Positions 60,104-64,000 of a stretch of DNA of 64,000 nucleotides are shown here, piece after piece (within the stretch, counting starts at the first letter, position 1; every line of letters begins with the position of its first letter). Location of the stretch: the IMG/VR virus record IMGVR_UViG_3300043466_001742, positions 1 to 64,000 of that record; one strand, 5' to 3'. The position numbers were made by a program, and so were the translations under genes. Below the pieces are notes generated by a model that saw only the letters and a list, made by a program, of their open reading frames with translations, ran no database searches and was not told the DNA's origin. Origin of the DNA: an uncultured virus (IMG/VR IMGVR_UViG_3300043466_001742). Its lineage: Duplodnaviria; Heunggongvirae; Uroviricota; Caudoviricetes.

Positions 60104-60394
60104 ATGAAAAATATTGATGTAGAAATTTACATTTCAAATTTAATTTCTTTTTTTGAAAACAACCCAAATGATTTAATTGATCTTATTGGGTCACTACAAA
60201 AGGATGAGTTTTATCAAAAATTGAGACAAAGGAGCGAATTAAATTTTAAAGAAGGAAAAGATTTTATTTTGTCAAGAGAACAAATTATTGATATTGTTCT
60301 TGAACTAAAAATACCAGAAATTGTATCAGACAAAAAAATAGATTTAGATAAGATTATACACAAGACAAAGTTTGGTGACATTATTTTAAATTAA
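60104..60394 (+). CDS. Hypothetical protein
   Basis: 96-aa ORF. Confidence 0.65.
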   Translation: MKNIDVEIYISNLISFFENNPNDLIDLIGSLQKDEFYQKLRQRSELNFKEGKDFILSREQIIDIVLELKIPEIVSDKKIDLDKIIHKTKFGDIILN

Positions 60395-60406
60395 TTTCAA
60401 AAAATA

Positions 60407-60437
60407 TTTGGAGATTAAAAAAATGTTTGTATCTTTG
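60407..60437 (+). promoter_or_regulatory. Bacteroidota primary-sigma promoter
   Basis: TTTG (60407)-N19-TATCTTTG (60430). Confidence 0.75.
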
Positions 60438-60476
60438 TTAAACAATAATTGATACTAACACTTAAAAAATATAAAA

Positions 60477-60590
60477 ATGAAAACTGTAGAAATAACAATA
60501 CAAGAAATCTGGGCAGCAACGAGACCAATTGTTCAAAAGAGTAAGAAACAATATTCTCGTAAAGAGAAACATAAAAACAAATCCTACTAA
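60477..60590 (+). CDS. 37-aa basic peptide, ArfA-like
   Basis: MKTVEITIQEIWAATRPIVQKSKKQYSRKEKHKNKSY, with its own promoter and terminator. Not in the ORF track. Confidence 0.6.
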   Translation: MKTVEITIQEIWAATRPIVQKSKKQYSRKEKHKNKSY

Positions 60591-60602
60591 AATATGTAGG
60601 TT

Positions 60603-60631
60603 AAAGTGGTGACTTTCTCACCACTTTTTTT
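60603..60631 (+). terminator. Intrinsic terminator
   Basis: AAAGTGGTGA-CTTTC-TCACCACTTT followed by a T-run. Confidence 0.8.
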
Positions 60632-60643
60632 ATTTTTAGTTAT

Positions 60644-60991
60644 ATGGAAAAAAAATACTTTAAAAAGGAAGATATTTTTATTGAAGAATTAACTAAAAAA
60701 AACGGAAACATATATAGTTCAGTTTTAATTGAAACACCAAATTTAGTTCCAAACGATTTAATTAGTAGAGATAATTTCACAACTGAATATCTGGATAGTG
60801 TTTGGTTCCAGACAGAAAAAAAAATGTTTCACTTTGAAGGTATTTTTAAAAATAGATCAGATATTTATCTTTATCTATCTAGGTATGATGGTCAATCATA
60901 TCAATTAAAGATAATTTATGAAATTAGTAAGCTTGATGAGGTTACTCTTTTCATTAAACAATTAACTAAATTAAAACAAAATGGAAATTAG
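60644..60991 (+). CDS. Hypothetical protein
   Basis: 115-aa ORF. Confidence 0.65.
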   Translation: MEKKYFKKEDIFIEELTKKNGNIYSSVLIETPNLVPNDLISRDNFTTEYLDSVWFQTEKKMFHFEGIFKNRSDIYLYLSRYDGQSYQLKIIYEISKLDEVTLFIKQLTKLKQNGN

Positions 60992-61024
60992 TCAATATGG
61001 TGATATTTATAATAAAACACCATT

Positions 61025-61687
61025 ATGACTAATCTTGGAAAAATATATAAAATAAAAAATTTAGTAAACCAAAAAGAATATGTTGGTTGTACTGTATCAA
61101 CACTAAAGAAAAGATTTGAAGAACATATTTTTAGGTGTACGAAAAGTGATTCTAACACAAAATTATGTAATTCGGTTAGAAAATATGGTTCTGATAAATT
61201 TATGATAGAATTAATTGAGGAATGTGAGTTGTCAAGTATTTATGAAAGAGAAAAATTTTACATTAATGAAATGAAAACATTTGATTCTGGACTAAACTCA
61301 ACAATTGGTGGTGAAGGTTGTTTAGGTTATAAACATAGTAAAGAAATTCGTGAAAAAATATCAAAATTGATAAAAGAAGGAAAATCACATAAAAATAAAA
61401 CATATGATGTTATATATGGTGAACGAAGTATTGAGGAGAAAAAAAATAGACAAGAATCTGTTAAGAAAAGTTGGGAAACTATGACGGAAGATGATAGAAA
61501 TGAAAGAGTTGAAAATATTAGAAAAGCAAGACAAAAAAATTCAAAATATGGTGTTGAGTTAATAAAAGAAGTTAAAGAAAAATTAAAAAATGGGATAAAA
61601 GTTCCTCAACTTATCAAGGAATACCCAAATATGAAAAGTCATATTCTTTATGACATAAAAAATAATAGAAGATGGAAAAACATTTAG
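61025..61687 (+). CDS. Free-standing GIY-YIG homing endonuclease (NUMOD3-like)
   Basis: KIYKIKNLVNQKEYVG, KRF.EH, EREKFYI, GLNSTIGG and GYKHSKEIREKIS. Confidence 0.85.
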   Translation: MTNLGKIYKIKNLVNQKEYVGCTVSTLKKRFEEHIFRCTKSDSNTKLCNSVRKYGSDKFMIELIEECELSSIYEREKFYINEMKTFDSGLNSTIGGEGCLGYKHSKEIREKISKLIKEGKSHKNKTYDVIYGERSIEEKKNRQESVKKSWETMTEDDRNERVENIRKARQKNSKYGVELIKEVKEKLKNGIKVPQLIKEYPNMKSHILYDIKNNRRWKNI

Positions 61688-61690
61688 ATT

Positions 61691-62005
61691 ATGGAAATTA
61701 CAAGTGTAGAATTACAAGAAAAAATTAAAAATGGTGAAAAAATTATTCTTAAATTGGGGGCGTCTTGGTGTCAACCTTGTTCAGTTTTAAACCCAATATT
61801 CGAAAAAGTCGCTAGTCAAAATACATCTGATGTTCAGATGTATACGATGGATGTAGATTTAAATAGAGAAGTTGCAATGTCTCTTGGTGTAAGGAGTGTA
61901 CCGACAATTAAAATTTTCAACGGTGGAGAACTTGTTGATACAAGAGTTGGTGTTTTAACAGAAGGACAAATAAATGGTTTAGTAACAGAGTTAATCAATG
62001 GATAA
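61691..62005 (+). CDS. Thioredoxin
   Basis: ASWCQPC active site and VRSVPT. Confidence 0.9.
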   Translation: MEITSVELQEKIKNGEKIILKLGASWCQPCSVLNPIFEKVASQNTSDVQMYTMDVDLNREVAMSLGVRSVPTIKIFNGGELVDTRVGVLTEGQINGLVTELING

Positions 62006-62285
62006 GGTAGCCGTATTGTTCACAATGAAAGGATGTCCTTTTTGTGTTGAACTAAAAGAAATGTTAGAAAAAGAAGATATTTTTTTTGTTGATAGAGATA
62101 TTCACGAACACGAAGAAGAATATGATTTGTTTGTTGAATTAACTGGTAATGATTATATTCCGGCTTTTATGTTAATTGAAGCTCCAGAATCTGATGAACC
62201 AATAACAGAACTTTTCGCACCGGACAGAGATTTTGATGACATTAACGAAGGTTTTGAAATAATTAAAAATTTCTTAAATGATTAA
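61998..62285 (+). CDS. Glutaredoxin-like protein
   Basis: GCPFC active site and YIPA. Confidence 0.82.
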   Translation: MDKVAVLFTMKGCPFCVELKEMLEKEDIFFVDRDIHEHEEEYDLFVELTGNDYIPAFMLIEAPESDEPITELFAPDRDFDDINEGFEIIKNFLND

Positions 62286-62320
62286 AAAAACCCCATCCTA
62301 AAAAGGTGGGGTTTCTTTTT
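62284..62320. terminator. Bidirectional terminator
   Basis: AAAAAAACCCCA..TGGGGTTTCTTTTT between convergent genes. Confidence 0.75.
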
Positions 62321-63014
62321 AAAAGAATATTATATGTTCTAACATATCTTGTTTTACATATGGTTTTTCTTCATCTGGAAATAGTATATCTTGTAAAAGG
62401 TCATAATCCTTAATTCTCTCACTAAACTCTTCTAAATTAAAAGAAAATACATCAAGAACCAAAGACTTAATACCATCTATATTATATTTTGAATCCGCAA
62501 CAATTTTTATTTTAAAATCTTCATTTTCATTCATTTCTTTGGTAAAATAAAAATCTAAACGATTAACACCCATTGTATTGTATAAATGATTAAAAATGTA
62601 GTGTGAATAATACACCATAAGACGACCACAATTATGACTATATCCGTATGGAAACTCTGATGATGTTGAAAGTTCCATAATTGGTTCTGGTTCATCAACG
62701 AACACACTTTTATTTACATCAATCCAACCTTTCTCAATATTATTGATTTCTTGTCCATAACGAATAATATCAATTGTATTTATTTGGGTAATACCAACTT
62801 CATCTAAAATATCCTTGAACCACTCAAAAAAATCTGTTTTTATTTTTTCTAGATCTAAAATATCATTTGATGTTGTGTGACCGTGGATAACCATAAATGA
62901 TTCACAATCTGTAACCTGGATGATTGAATTTTCTTTTTTGTCTATTCTTGTAAGAATAAAATCGGCAAATAGATTTACAATACCTCTCCTTGAATTTTTG
63001 TTAATTTTTCTCAT
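62319..63014 (-). CDS. Hypothetical protein, possibly a degenerate MetK-like fold
   Basis: 231 aa. The N-terminus loosely follows the SAM-synthetase N-domain pattern. Confidence 0.55.
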   Translation of the reverse strand: MRKINKNSRRGIVNLFADFILTRIDKKENSIIQVTDCESFMVIHGHTTSNDILDLEKIKTDFFEWFKDILDEVGITQINTIDIIRYGQEINNIEKGWIDVNKSVFVDEPEPIMELSTSSEFPYGYSHNCGRLMVYYSHYIFNHLYNTMGVNRLDFYFTKEMNENEDFKIKIVADSKYNIDGIKSLVLDVFSFNLEEFSERIKDYDLLQDILFPDEEKPYVKQDMLEHIIFF

Positions 63015-63067
63015 ATTCCATCATTTTTTATAATGAATATGATTTTTAATTAAAAATCTAAATAGTT

Positions 63068-64000
63068 TTAGATATATTCACCAAAATAATCGTTAATTGC
63101 TAAATCAACCTCTCTATAGTCTGGATAATCATCAACTCTAAAATCAATTGGTTCATAAATATCTTCACTGAATAATTGGTTCATCATTCCAGTATAAGAA
63201 CCAAAATATTCTAAAACACTTTCATTCCAGTCATCACCCAAGTTATTTTCAATAAAAGCTAAGACATTAGAATAAAAATCACGAATTTTAATATATGAAA
63301 TATATTTTGTTTTTTCACCAACTTTTGTTGCAATTTCATCAATTGGTGGAGAAAAATATTCTGTAAGACCATCCATAACTTGTTTATAAATCATACTTTC
63401 ATATGCGCTATTATAAGCGTTTTCGTGTATTGAATGTAATTCACTTTCTAAATCAGATAAATCACCATCCATTAGTTCTTCCATTGCTTCAGCATCATTT
63501 ATTAAAGGAATAACATCATCTTGTGTAATTTGGAACATACCATCACGAGCCTGAATCTGAGCCAATTCTTCAAAGAAATCAGAATTATAATCACTAACAT
63601 TTAAATCTTTGTTTCCGATATGTTTTAAAATGTAATTTGCAAGATATTGAATATTTTTTTTGTTTAATACTTTAATAACATCTTCATAGACATCATTTGT
63701 TGTATCCCAATATCTTCCATAATCTAAACCATCACCTAATGCTTGTTTTGCAATTTCTTGTAAGTCATAATCACTTCTTCTACTACTACTTCTAAAAAAT
63801 TCTGCGAGTTCTTCTCTATCCCTTAATCTTAACCAATATCCATCACTCCTTGGTTCAACATCAGTTAACAAGTTGTCACATATAAACTTTAATGTTGAAA
63901 CCTCGTCTCTGTTCATCATCCAAAGAAGATAGTAATTCCTTAAATGATCACTTAAATCGTTATACTTAACATCTTCCAAAAAACCATTTTCACTTAAAAA
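63068..64000 (-). CDS. Acidic hypothetical protein (5' partial)
   Basis: Frame is open to the window edge (FLSENGFLEDVKY...). Confidence 0.7.
   Translation of the reverse strand, partial: FLSENGFLEDVKYNDLSDHLRNYYLLWMMNRDEVSTLKFICDNLLTDVEPRSDGYWLRLRDREELAEFFRSSSRRSDYDLQEIAKQALGDGLDYGRYWDTTNDVYEDVIKVLNKKNIQYLANYILKHIGNKDLNVSDYNSDFFEELAQIQARDGMFQITQDDVIPLINDAEAMEELMDGDLSDLESELHSIHENAYNSAYESMIYKQVMDGLTEYFSPPIDEIATKVGEKTKYISYIKIRDFYSNVLAFIENNLGDDWNESVLEYFGSYTGMMNQLFSEDIYEPIDFRVDDYPDYREVDLAINDYFGEYI

Noticed and set aside
60991..61690. Group I intron around the GIY-YIG gene
   Set aside because: The flanks are only about 35 and 3 nt, leaving no room for a ribozyme core.
1..64000. Stop-codon recoding (code 15 or 4)
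   Set aside because: Long genes are intact in the standard code, and TAG and TGA both end genes at sensible positions.

Overview
This AT-rich, gene-dense window looks like part of a large myovirus-type (jumbo-phage-like) genome read in the standard genetic code. The host is probably a Bacteroidota bacterium, based on TTTG-N19/20-TATCTTTG promoters, SprB-like repeats, an Hc1-like protein and a DUF6576-like tail. In order it holds: (1) a replication/recombination block (SSB, RecA/UvsX, intein-containing C5 methyltransferase, 5'-3' exonuclease, DnaB-type helicase, class II RNR; 1-8.7 kb); (2) a baseplate/tail block with SprB-like, Pro-Thr-linker and novel ~105-aa Cys/Trp-repeat proteins (9.1-36.6 kb); (3) primase, PD-(D/E)XK nuclease, Mre11/Rad50, a putative R-M pair, a sigma-70 factor and a second C5 MTase (36.7-47.7 kb); (4) two stand-alone promoter-ncRNA-terminator units (47.7-48.8 kb); (5) a putative lysis cluster, putative head proteins, DnaJ, an LRR protein, an ArfA-like peptide, a GIY-YIG homing endonuclease, thioredoxin and glutaredoxin. 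The best candidate for a new system is the pair of small RNAs, which carry H-type pseudoknots with different stems but a shared 8-nt AxxGxAAA loop. All family calls come from motifs read by eye; no searches or folding were run.
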